64,000 nt of DNA from the NCBI GenBank assembly GCA_037379345.1, contig CM074515.1, forward strand, positions 5,642,001 to 5,706,000, read 5' to 3'. The translations under genes were made by a program, and so were the position numbers. Positions 13,085-26,020 of the stretch are shown here, in pieces. How positions within the stretch are numbered: position 1 is the stretch's first letter; every line of letters starts with the position of its first letter. The notes under the pieces are model-generated. The model was given only the letters and a program-made list of their open reading frames with translations. It had not been told where the DNA came from and searched no databases. This stretch comes from Perna viridis. Lineage: Eukaryota.

Positions 13085-16000
13085 ATGTGCGAGTGTTGTT
13101 GAATGAAACATCATTAACAAACTTCATTGATCACCAACTTACAATTACTAAGGTGGAATATTTTAAAGTGCATTATTATCGTTAATTGTTGGGTGTACAT
13201 ATTGAAAATTTTGAAGCTCTTTATGATTGAAAGACAAACTTATGTTCTATATTATAAAAAAAGATACAAAAAATTAGATTATAGTCTATAATAATTGTCA
13301 CTCATGATTCATTGTTAATTTCATGTTTGTATAACTGGTTTGAGCATCCAGTTTTCATCTATGAGTACATAATTCATTAACTTCATTTAGTTAAACTAAG
13401 TTTTCACTACAGTAAAGTTAAGAATAAAGTTCAAGATACACATGCTTTCATAAATTGAAGTGGATAAGGTTTTTACAACATGGAAACCTTTGGAGGTGAA
13501 ATTGTGATAAAATTTTAATTGATTATGACATACATATATATATACATATTTTTTTTTTTTGGCTATTATTTTATGCCATTCACAAACATGACTTTAAGTT
13601 TATTATGTATTTAAATTTGCAAGTGTTGATATTTTGCTGTATAATTGTTGATACATATGTCAGAGTGCTTTATAACCTATGTCTTAGTCGATTTATTCAA
13701 TGCAAATGGAGAGTAGAATATCAAATTATCTCAAAACACCTCACCTATTTTCTGTACTTGTATCATGTATTGAAAGGCTTTTCATCTTAGGTCAGATATT
13801 AGGTGAAGTGAGTGCGATCGAGGAGAATGGATGATAGTGGGACACACTGCAAGGGCAACTATGTAATAGTAATAACCAGTGTGCTTACCAAACCATCTGT
13901 GATATTTTTTACTGCACGTGCTTGTCGTTTTGATTACATTCCTGTCCATATTTTTGTGATCTTCATATCACTAGCCTACTTGATACATTAAATAAAGTCA
14001 TGGAAGAAATTAGGGTTAAAGTTTTGGCATGACGCAAGTATTGAATATGGATCATTGTGAAAAAGCAAGGATTGGAATCAAAACAGACAAGTGTTTGTGG
14101 TTTTATCAGGGACTACTGATGGAGCTCTCAAGTAATCACATTTTTTGCCTTGTTCGGCCAACAATTTAAAAAGTATAGCTGTGAACTACATGTAACCAAC
14201 CATAAGGCATATTTCTTATGAATTGATGTGCTAACAATGGATCAGTGCTCTTCTGCTTTGTAGTTGTTGAAGTTACTTCCCTTTTAAATTGTGCATAAAC
14301 AGCTTATAGAAAGTGGGGTTACTTGAGATCTGGATTTGTAGCCAAGAACAGTGATTTAGTGTGGATTTTTTAAAGAAGTTTACTTGGGAGATTTTTTACC
14401 GATTTTGTAAGTACAAGACTCCACCAGTACCTTTTGCAGGGAAGTTGGCAGGATCTTTTAGATTTTAATGAATTTGCCTGACTATGGACATGTTTTATAT
14501 CAATGTTGTTTTGAATTTGTAAACTTGTGCATGTATTCAATTAACTGAAAAGGGTTTGACATAAGCCCCCAAAAACAAATGTTTTAAGAGCTACGACAAC
14601 CACCAAGTCCTAGAAATACACTTGTATTTAAAAAATATATATAAAATCCCAGCTACATGTACAAGGCAGTTGGAAGAAAAGTGCTTTTTACTTAACATAT
14701 ACGATAGTTCAAGTAGAAAAAAAGTTGGAAGTATTTTTGTTACATGATGTGTATTTAAACTGATAGAAAGTTTTCCAGTGGTGTTACATGTATGTTGGCT
14801 GGGACAAAAAAATAGAAAAATGTTGAAATTAAAAAAAAGTAACATTGAATGTAAGGCTTTACTTTGTGAAGGCAACCTACAAAGTTATGTAGTGTTTTGC
14901 ATCCGAAGACTATTCTCGACTTTGCCAGTCAATTGATAACTCGATCGTTTACCCACGTGGGTGGTGGCAGTTCTGCCAGCCCTATTTTTGTGTAATTTGT
15001 ATTGTAAAGCAGTAAGATTAACAAAAGAATGTCTGAATGGAATGGAGTATTGTTTTTAATTACATGCATGTGTTATGAAGAATTATACATAAATGTGTAT
15101 TATTTTCACTTAGTTAACTCACTACAAATCATTCGTGAATGGTTTAAAGAAAAAAGCAATACATAAACTGTAATTAACATTTTATAGTCAGTGAACATGC
15201 CCAAATATCTCATTTTTATTACTGGTCACATATTGGTTTGTCTTATGTTTATTGATTATAATTATGTATACTTTGTCGAACAAAACTGTTAGGTATAAAC
15301 TAGAGAAAGGTAAACATGCTTTTGTAAGCCTCAATTTGTTAAAAGATTAATTTTCTATATGCTTGCATGTATTCACAAGTTCGTAAATCATCGGATAAAT
15401 GAAGAAGTTTGCACTTCTTTTCTGAAGCTTCTCGAGTACATGTGATCAACGTACATGCCCGAATGATGAGGTCTTTAACTGAATAGGGCTCAGCAAAACT
15501 TAAAAATGGCATCAACATTTTTAGTATTTAGTATGGATAGTGTTAATAATAGTCTTTTCACTTCGATACCATGTCATATAAAGTATATTGACTTTTTAAC
15601 TGATTTTGGACCATATGTTGGTACTGTCTATTGATTTTCCTATTTTGTTTGTAAATTACTCCAGGACAAGCCTATTTAAACTACTCCCCTTTCTATTGAC
15701 GTTTTTACTTGGCTGAACAAGTTAAATAAAACATCTACACAAAACCACATAACTAATAATTACAAGCAAGGTTACATATTAAGCAATACTGTGGAACATG
15801 AATGAAAAATTTCATTTAAATTTTAATGCTTTTGGCATAATTCGGTCAAAGTTTTAAAATCCTTGAATTTGTATGATTGGACGTTCTTAATAACTATATA
15901 ACTGTATGGATGATTGTCATGTTTCGGCTTGGCTAGTCTATTAAGACCAGAATTTTGATAACCCTAACCCCTACCTTCATTTGTAATTTGACCTTGAAAA

Positions 16001-17429
16001 AATATGATTAGAAATCATGCACTTGTAGGTTTTTTTTTAAACTTGGGTATTTTCTCTGCTGGTTGATATTTTTGGAAGGAACTAAACTATTTAATTGAAT
16101 ACTGTGGTACCTCATTAAAGTAGTCAAAAGTTGTACATTTATGTCTATCCAAAAACTTTTTTTTACTGTGACCTTTCTATACTGTGTTAGATAAAACTTG
16201 ACTATAATTACAGGCTATTGAAGTTCAGGTACTTGTGTACTGATCTTCTTGTTTTAGCTGAGAAATCCTATACAGAGTCAACTATTTTTGTATGTTATTT
16301 AAATATAAACCTCAAGCTAGAGATAAGTGTGGTTTAATTTTGAGGTTTAAAACCCCTCAGGAAAACTGTGTGCCAAATTATTGATTTGGATTTCAAATTG
16401 TTGTTGACCCAGGGCACCCTTAACAATAATACATTGAGTTGCAGTGTTCACAGTTATTCTGTCTTTCATATTATTAAGTCAATACTGTTCTGATCAAAGT
16501 ATTGTTACTTGTTAAAATTTGTTAATTGTTTTGTTATTGGTTATAGACATTATGAGCTATTGATCATGATATGCATAGTCTGCATTGCCAAGAAATATGT
16601 TAAAATCAAGTAGACTTTTATTTTGGTTTCGGACCAATGAATAGACTGAAAAGTATTATTGACTGGCGTCGTTGTAATATGGGTACTGTACTACATGTTT
16701 AATAGTAATTTAAAAAATACCACACATATTTCTTGGAAAGTCAGACTTTAATGCATTTCTGTGACAATCTGCAGCCAGGCTTTTAATGGTTCATAGAAGT
16801 AAACAAAAATCTTATCTTAGATTCAAGGATGGCGTGTTCCTTGATGTTTATTTCCAATGGAAGCTGTTAAGATGAAATGATAATGTGTGCTTAAAAACTT
16901 GGCTGCAGACTTGTGTTCAGCAATTAGTGATAATGAGATTTGAATTAAAAACAGTTGAGATGTGATAAGGAAAGTGCTGGTTGTTTGTTACTTTCTGCTT
17001 TACATATACATGTTAAATGTATAAATTATGAAGCAAGATTAAAAACGCATGAAAAAAACGAATGACTTTTTACTGCCTTTATTGTGTTGAGTATGATGTT
17101 CTCTGTATAATAAATTCTAGGGTCTTTGTTTTTTCCCAAGTTTTATTATGGACTTCCCAGGTTGGTCTGTTCACCGTTGTAGTCTACAATCGTTTGATTT
17201 TTCCTGGAAACTGGATGGTAATCCTAGTTCATTTCGAAGTCAACATTTTCAGGGAAACTTTTTTTTACTCATCCAATGAATGCTTCTACCCCCCCCATTA
17301 CTGAGAAGGCGGATTTTCAAATGAAATATTGATTTCGGTTGCTGCAGTGATATAAATAAAAATTTTGCGAAGAAATTCTTGTCCGACATAAAATCCAAGC
17401 CACATTCCCCCAGAATGAAAATGGTCGGT

Positions 17430-18900
17430 GCCCATATGTAGAGATTTGTTTTGAATTTTATAATTACACCACGAGTTGCCATGCCACATAGGGAAGATTA
17501 TGATTGATTTTGGCGGTTGCGACTTGAAACGTTTAGGAATTATGTTCAGAAACACGATGTCCGGAGAATTGAATAAATATGAATGGATCTCTCTGAATTT
17601 GTACCACAAAGGGAAGGCAGGGACTTTTTAGGGTTTGTGACTTAAACCTTTTTAGAATTAGGATCCAAAAAAGAGACCAGATGCGAACTTTCATGTAGTG
17701 AAAAAAAATTAGCAGTAGACCTACCGACCGACTCCATGTAAAATAAGGCAGGTCTATGATGAAACTGGCTCGAGTTGCTTTAAAATGTAGTGCTGTCTAT
17801 GTAAAATTATGATGGGTCTATGTTGACAAAAAGTTCAGTTTCTAACACTGCTTTTATGGTGTCCAGACAAGTGAAGGAATTTCTTTGAAATTGTAACACA
17901 AGGTATCAAATAAAAAAAGGAAGACTGAAATTGATTTTTGGGATTGTCGCTCGAACGGTGAAGGAATTTGAGCCAAAAAAAAAGGACTAGAAAAAAGCAT
18001 TTTCACGATATCCAGACAATAGATTGAGTATATAAATGTATAAATCCTTACGAAATGATACCACATATGTATAAATCCTTACGAAATTATACCACAGGGT
18101 GCTTGCTATACCACCAATACTCCAGAAGTGCTAGAGGTTGTCTGGCAAGCTATTTTCTGACTTCGTGTACCATTCAATGGGGGAAAGGAATTCCAACCTC
18201 TTGCGTCACCAAAGGAAGGCGGTGATTGATTTTGAGGATTATTACCGGAATCGTTTGTAAATTAAAGCTAAAAAACAAGCATTTTCATGAAATCGGGATA
18301 ATGACTTGACTATAAAAGGGAACGGATCTCTTTGAAATTGTACCACAATGCGTCATACCACATAAGGAAAAGGATTTTGAGTGTCGAGACTTGAACTGAT
18401 AAGGAATGATGGTCGAGAAGGGAACAGAAACAATCATTTCCTGGTGTAAAGGTGGTAGCCTGAGTGAAAGTAAATGGATCTTTTTGAAATTGTACCTAAG
18501 TTGCCACACCCAAAAGGTAGGCTAGGATTGATTTTGGGGGTTGTACTCATTGAGGAAAGTGGGGCCACTGCGATTCTGATTAATTCTTTTCTGTGTCAAA
18601 TATTTAAATTGCAATCAAAATTCAGAGCTGTATGAAGCTTTAATGGTATGTTTATACTTGCCCCAATTGTTCAGGGTTCGCCCTCTGTGGTCGTATTAAG
18701 CTGCGCCATTCGAAGCATTTTATTGAGTGTTGTCAGGAACATGCATTTTCCAGCCTGGATGATAACTTAAGTAAAAGCGAATGGATTTCTTTGAAATTGT
18801 ATCTCAGTGTACTATATCCCAAAGGAAAACTGGGATTGGTTTTGGAGGTACTGACAAGAACCATTAAGAGATTAGGGCGACTCCGATTTCGGTCTAATCA
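17430..18900. mobile_element. Decayed Helentron/HINE-like non-autonomous element(s) with ~150-bp internal tandem units
   Basis: About 7 diverged copies of ATGGATYTCTTTGAAATTGTACCACAA...GATTGATTTTGGGGGTT, near 17445, 17582, 17875, 18040, 18322, 18473 and 18781. A terminal-like GTTCAGGGTTCG..GTGGTCGTATTAAGCTGCGCC segment lies at about 18670-18720. The family assignment is inferred from resemblance to bivalve repeats. Confidence 0.5.
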
Positions 18901-21389
18901 TAATAAAAATTCAAATCTGTACAAAGCTTGTGTTGTGCGCCTGTAAAGAATTTTATTTGTGTTACTTTGTTTGATGTATTTTGTCAAGGATCTAAAACTA
19001 TTTTTGATTATTTTCGTCTTCGTTCAAATTCTGACATATTTTCTTTCACTAGAAGCTGTTTGACACATGATAAATTGCTGTCCTTGATTTTCGTCAGGAG
19101 TCGGACTTGACCCTCCATTTAGTAATATTTTCTAATTTGCAATTTTAACTTTACATCATAAAGGTCCCAGAGAGATACGTAGGCCATTCAAAGTCTATTT
19201 CTTGGTTCTCGTACAATTTTTCATGAATGCCGGTGAAAATGGGGATGGTGAATTTTTCTTGACACGTTTTAATACCCCAAAAAGTGATGAGGTGCTTTCT
19301 ACATGAGGTGCTTTCTACATTTTTATAACCAGAAAAAAATGCTTTATCTTATTGAACCCTCACATAGAAATTTCGAAATGTGATTAAGTAGTAGTTGATT
19401 TCATAATTAAAAAAGAACCCAAAATATTTTGATGCGTGAATGTGTCAGGACTGCACGTTTATTGGTCCGTCCAGTAACACTGAATACGTTATTGGGGAAA
19501 TTACTATGATCATCAGACAATTCTAAAATTAATTTCACCTGGCCAGAAAAAAAATAAATGATGAAACAGCCTTCACTAAACTTACTTGTACCAGTCACAT
19601 ATGACAGGGTTTTCAGTGAAATAGAATGAAGGACAAAGTTTAATAATTTTACAAGAAAAAATTGGATTTGTTCTGTTGTCATTTGGCATTATGAATGACA
19701 TGAGCTACACGCATTACATACAGTATATTAATAATTATTACATGTACATGTTTTCACGAAGTAAAGCATTAAAATTACAAGCATATTTGATTTTTTTTCA
19801 TTTACGAAGATGTCGTTCCATCATGTACATTTTTCACCATTAATAACAGTTAATAAATACGATTGAGAGCACGATTAACAACTTTGACGAAAAGTTTGAA
19901 GAATGAAAAAAGTGAAGATTTGAAAATAATTATAGCCGAACAGTATATTTTACCTTGTTAAAGGGTTTCCTTTTTGCAAAGATTTAGTGATTTACAGCTA
20001 GAAGACTTGATCGAAGAAAGATAACTCGCGCTGATATCTTTCTGCGTTACAATGCTAGTCTTCATTTCTTTATGCACCAGTCTTCTAGACAGGACGCTTA
20101 ATGGCAAACGTGTGTCCGTCCGTCCGTTGTTCACACTCCGCATAACTTAAATATTCTGCCACCTGTTTTTATGAACTTTGGTGAATTGTTGACTTGAGAT
20201 ACAAAATGGGATTTTTTTTCGGACTGAAAAACTATAACACCTTGCAGTACCGTCCATAAAACTATAATGAATTATTTATGTACACTGATGCTAGTTCTAA
20301 AAAGTGCCTGTATCTATTTTCATGTACTGTAGGAAAGGTGTATTTCTGGTGTGGTGAGTTCATTTTTGTTAGTGTGGATTTGAAATATTTTAAATACATT
20401 GTTAAAGGACTCTATTTTACAAAAATGTAGAAATTTCGGTTTCCTAACGTTACTGAAAACGCTTTTCATCGATTACAATGAAATTGTGAATTGTTTATTT
20501 CATTTGGTTTAAGCTTCGTTTAGAATTTTATGTGTCATTGCCTCGAGAATCCAAATTTTGAGGATATATAAAATCACATCGGTCACCCGTCTGTCGATGT
20601 AAACCTTTATATGTATTATTGGTTGTATTTTAGTTAGTGTTTGACCTCTTCCATTCTGGCCAAAGATCATATCCTGTGTGAAACTCAAAGCTGTATCAGG
20701 TTTGTGTATATATTTGCCCTAACGGTTGGTCAGTGTTCGACCTATAGACACAGGCATTTCTAGCTGCGACTAGCAAATCATTTTATTTTCTTTAGACCGT
20801 ATGTATAACATTTTATGACAATAAGACTCGGATTTTTAAGGGGGTTGGAGTATTTAAAACATTACCTATAATGCCACAGACGCCTGGATCTGGGATTTTA
20901 TTTTGTAGTAAGGGGACAACCACTTGATATTCAGGGAAGGGATTGGAAGATTTTTTCCGATCAAAATATTCATTTTCACCATGTTAACGGTTAAAGTATT
21001 AATTTTTGACATATACAGAATCATTTTTTTATTTTCACATATATGATAAAGAACAATGTTTGGATGATTTGGATCAGAGTGTCTTGAAAGAATCAAGAAA
21101 TTGTTTCTCCCATCTTCAAGATCAAAATATCTATTTTGAAAAAAGTCTGATTCGAAATATTTAAAAAAAATTCTTCCAAGCACCCCCTCAAAATCAAATG
21201 ATCGTCTCTTAAAATCTTGTAGTATATGTAGAGATTTATCAGAAATTAACTTTTATACTCGAAAAAAAAAAGAAATTCTTAAGTATATATCCAATTGCCA
21301 TATTTAACGCTTTCAATCAATTTTCCTTCCGTACGTACATTGTGTCTGTAATAAAAAAAAATATTTTTCTTCTGTAGGTTTCTGGCTTA

Positions 21390-22080
21390 TTTTAAACAAG
21401 GTATTGGCTGAAAACTAAAAGAAAACGCCATTGTTCACCTTTCAAGGGCAATAACTCTAATATGAGCCGTCCGACAATGATTCCCGGCAGACTTTTGTAG
21501 GCCTTATGATAAGGATCATTTCGACAATTGAAAGAATTTGTCTAAACCTAACGATTTTGGAGATATATGTAAAAAACTTTTGTCTGACCCCATTGTTAAG
21601 ACGCCATTTTTTCGACGCATCAACAACCCCTCATCAATTTTATGCAGAATACCCTAAGGAACAATTTATCCCAAATTTGGTTCATATTGGTTAAGTAATG
21701 TCAGTGGAGAAAATTTTTGAAAGGAAAAAACATAAAAAGAGCAAAAAAAAAAAAAAAAGTCGAAAAGGGCAACAAGTAGGCTTAACAGATTAAAACGAAA
21801 ATTCGACTACAAATAGATCTTATCATGCTAAATTCTTTCACCCATCAAAGTTTGGCTAAACTTAACAGTTTTGTAGATATATTCCAAAAACTTCTGTTTG
21901 ACCCTTATATTTTTTTTAGTAACGGCGGCCATGTTTTTCGATAGATCAAAAATCCCACATCAGTTTATGCAGAATTTGTACCTAGTTTGGCTCTTATTGG
22001 TCCAGTGGTTCAGAGGAGATGAGATTTGAAAATTTGTTAACGTCAATTAAGTTATTGCAATAGCTCGCCTGGCCTATACT
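21390..22080. mobile_element. Decayed Helentron-like interspersed repeat with internal duplication
   Basis: Two related units (AAGGGCAATAACTC/AAGGGCAACAAG; GCCAT-TTTTTCGA; TTTATGCAGAAT; ATTGG...CAGTGG) at about 21445-21720 and 21765-22030. Confidence 0.4.
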
Positions 22081-22849
22081 TGCAATAACTAAAAACACGT
22101 AGGTTCATGACAATTCAGAACTGGTAACTGAAAATTGTATCTATAACGCACTGGGCAGAGTACAGGTCAGCTTATTCGCAGTGCTATGTGGGTGTTAGAT
22201 AAGCTCACACTTCTTGTTAATGAAAAAACGGTGGGAGTTAGAACAGATAAGACAAAGCCGTGAACTACGAATGAAGGCCCAGAAATTCATATTGTTCTTG
22301 GAGTGGTGTTAGATGGCACTTTTGGTACATTTTTCTATAAAACAAAAGACCACGTGCTTTAATGTATTGGCAGCTACAGTCACCCCCATCTATATAGTCT
22401 CCTTAAGCCCAAACAGCATGATAAATACACGTTTTGCAATACAGAGCGGCACAAATATACCCATTATCGATTTAAAGGGAGCAATATGCAGGACATTGTA
22501 TATCAACAACAACAATAAATAAATAAATAAATAAAATAAAAACAAAAAATATCGAAGCATCATATTAAGAGGACAATCTAAAGACAGCAAAATCCAAATA
22601 CATGCCCTTAACCAAAGACGATATACATACGTAGGCTGTTAGATACCAGAATAGCATACAATTACTTATAAAAATTGGTGATAAGGAAAGCAGGACGCCA
22701 CACGGAAACTGAAGCGCTCGCAAAATTGTAAGGATGACATGGGGCGCTACGGGAGGCAATCTAATTTAAGTCAAATCTTAAATTACGTTACCATCCAAGG
22801 TCGGGAAAGTGAAAGGAAAATTTGGGGTGATCTCAAATCTTGACTTGGC

Positions 22850-23340
22850 ACATGTCAGATCGTGTATTTTATTCAGATTGTCCGGGAGGGTAAGCGTCGT
22901 CACCCATCATATTATTTTTTGTACAAATGAGTTATAAGCAGTAAGCGTTAAGTTTGATGGGTTGTCAATCCGGTAAGACTTGAACTTTAATGGAAGATAT
23001 CTTGTTTCATATGTAAGATAGACACATGACATCTCGGTCAATCAAATTGTAACTTCTGTAGCTGTGATATCAATAAAGGCTGAACATATCCATGTCCTCG
23101 CTACACTGAAAGTCAGTGTACAATCACATGCACGCCATAACGGATCAACAGTGAATTCTATACTCCATTGGCTATATTATGTTGAAGTATCAATTTCTAC
23201 TAAGAAAGGAAAGTTTACAATTGGAAAGTAAAAAATCACCACGTTTGTCACCAAGGTCCAATTTTAAACACTCTATATCATCATATGGGTTAAGGTCTTG
23301 GTGTGAGATTGAAGGAGTTGTCTCTTTAATTCATCTAAAC
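22850..23340 (-). mobile_element. Penelope-like retroelement reverse-transcriptase C-terminal fragment
   Basis: The minus strand at 23130-23250 translates (with frameshifts) to DKRGDF/FPIVNFPFL...GV*NSLLIRY/RAC, matching the PLE motif YDKRDDFNFPIVNFPFL...YGVYISQLIRYARAC. Confidence 0.7.
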
Positions 23341-24019
23341 GAAAACTGAAATAGGAAGATTTGGCTTGTCGCTATATTATTGTGACGTTCAGTGTTTGTA
23401 GTTTAATTTAATTATACAGATGATCATGCTTATTAAAATGGATTTGAAAATATTGAAGTTTTTTTTCTGTAGTTTAAAATTCGATTACTTGCAGTAAATA
23501 ATATCACAACTGTAGTTATTTTGAAAAGCAGAAAAAAAATCCTTAAACAGTTATCTTTCTTACGACGAATACAGTTATGCATTTTTTATTTTGCATTTAT
23601 ATTTTTTGTATGATAAAAACTGTATCATTTTCGTTTATAGTCCCGTCAAGGTAGTTAAATAAACGGCGATATAGTTAGCTGAAAAGTTACATTAAATAAC
23701 TGAAAAAAAAACTTAATTAACTAAAAAAACAATTTCTATTTAAGTTAAACATCAAATTTGGGAAATTCCACTTTTCCAATCCATGCTACTAAACAGATGT
23801 AGCATATTAAATATTCAGTATTAATTGTGTGGAGTATGAAATATAAGAATAGTGAATTGAACAAATGCACATTAATGTCATATTCAGGATTTAGTCATTT
23901 TGTACATTGTTTTGAATTTGTTAGGTCACTACAAAACACATGTACCATCTTGTTCTGTGTATAACACGTAATAACAGTAATAAAAACACGTGCTACAGGA
24001 TTGATATGGAGGTTTCTAT

Positions 24020-25200
24020 AGGTAATGCTTCAAGTCTACTGGAAGTATAGGGTTTTACAGGTAATGTTTCAAGTCTATTGGAAGTATAGGGTTTTACAGG
24101 TAATGTATCAAGTCTACTGGAAGTATAGGGTTTTACAGGTAATGTTTCAAGTCTACTGGAAGTATAGGGTTTTACAGGTAATGTTTTAAGTTTACTGGAA
24201 GTATAAGGTTTTACAGGTAATGTATCAAGTCTACTGGAAGTATAGGGTTTTACAGGTAATGTTTCAAGTCTATTGGAAGTATAGGGTTTTACAAGTAATG
24301 TATCAAGTCTACTGGAAGTATAGGGTTTTACAGGTAATGTTTTAAGTTTACTGGAAGTATAAGGTTTTACAGGTAATGTTTTAAGTCTACTGGAAGTATA
24401 GGGTTTTACAGGTAATGTTTTAAGTCTACTGGAAGTATAGGGTTTTACAGGTAATGTTTCAAGTCTACTGGAAGTATAGGGTTTTACAGGTAATGTTTCA
24501 AGTCTACTGGAAGTATAGGGTTTTACAGGTAATGTTTCAAGTCTATTGGAAGTATAGGGTTTTACAGGTAATGTATCAAGTCTACTGGAAGTATAGGGTT
24601 TTACAGGTAATGTTTTAAGTTTACTGGAAGTATAAGGTTTTACAGGTAATGTTTTAAGTCTACTGGAAGTATAGGGTTTTACAGGTAATGTTTTAAGTCT
24701 ACTGGAATTATAGTGTTTTACAGGTAATGTTTCAAGTCTACTGGAAGTATAGGGTTTTACAGGTAATGTTTCAAGTCTACTGGAAGTATAGGGTTTTACA
24801 GGTAATGTTTTAAGTTTACTGGAAGTATAGGGTTTTACAGGTAATGTTTAAGTTTACTGGAAGTATAAGGTTTTACAGGTAATGTTTTAAGTCTACTGGA
24901 AGTATAGCGTTTTAAAGGTAATGTTTCAAGTTCACTGAAAGTATAGGGTTTTACAGGTAATGTTTTAAGTCTACTGGAAGTAAAGCGTTTTTAAGGTAAT
25001 GTTTTCTAGTTTACTGGAAGTATAGAGTTTTACAGGTAATGTTTTAAGGCCTCTTGACTTGAATTGAAGGGTTTGACAAGTAAAGCTTGAAGTCTGTTGG
25101 GAGTATAGGGTTTTACAGTAATTTTTTCAAGGCAATACTTCAATGTTACAGGTAGTGAAGGGTAATACTTCATGTTTACTGGAAGTATAATGTTTTACAG
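24020..25200. repeat. 39-bp minisatellite, ~26 regular copies plus degenerate tail
   Basis: Unit GTCTACTGGAAGTATAGGGTTTTACAGGTAATGTTTCAA; period 39 (24034, 24073, ...). Confidence 0.97.
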
Positions 25201-25439
25201 ATAATGATCAATTCAACGGTGTCTTGATTATCATTTAACACACTTCAGCAAATGAATAACTATTACAGAGACATTTCTGGTGTCCTTATTGGTGAACAGG
25301 GCAAAAGATTTTGCCAAATTTCTATGGAAATCGCCATACGCAATATTAGAATCCTAGATTTTCTCTCTACATATTGTGCTTTTTAAAGATATAAGTATAG
25401 GCATATCAAATCTGAAAATTGAACAAATTTCATTTTTAA

Positions 25440-26020
25440 GGACAAGAACTTCTGCGAGAAAGTATCATTAAATTGTATGAGTCACAGAAACCATCATGGT
25501 ATATGTCGTCAGAGAAACTTTTTTCACTGATCAGTAATTGCCTAACACCCTCTGACAGGGGTGAACCAACTGACAATAGAAAACTTGAAATTGCCGTATT
25601 AAAAGATTGGGAAAAGAATCTCAATAACCACTCAGATGGGAAACTATGTACATATGTTAGTTTTAAATCCCATTTTGGTTGCGAAAAATATCTTGATACT
25701 GTTTACAAAATGGAAGAAAGACAGAGTCTAACAAAATTTCGCATATCTGCTCACCATTTACTTCTAGAGAGAGGTAGATGTATACTCCCCGACATAGTAT
25801 GGAATGTCAAAGATGTTGTAGTAATGAGGTCGGAGATGAAATACATTTTCTTTTTGACTGTGGTAGTCTACCTGAGCAACGAAAATATATGATAACAATG
25901 ATAAATAATTACTTCAAAAATTTTAAAAATCTAGACCCTACCAAAAAGTTAATGAATAACAAAGATGAGAAATTGTTATCAGAATTGTGTATTTTCATCA
26001 AGAAATATGAAAAGAATTAA
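25440..26020 (+). mobile_element. 3' end of a non-LTR retrotransposon ORF2 (RTEX-like), frameshifted
   Basis: KLCTYVSFKSHFGCEKYL...RQSLTKFRISAHHLLLERGR then, in another frame, CQRCCSNEVGDEIHFLFDC (C-terminal CCHC knuckle). Confidence 0.8.
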
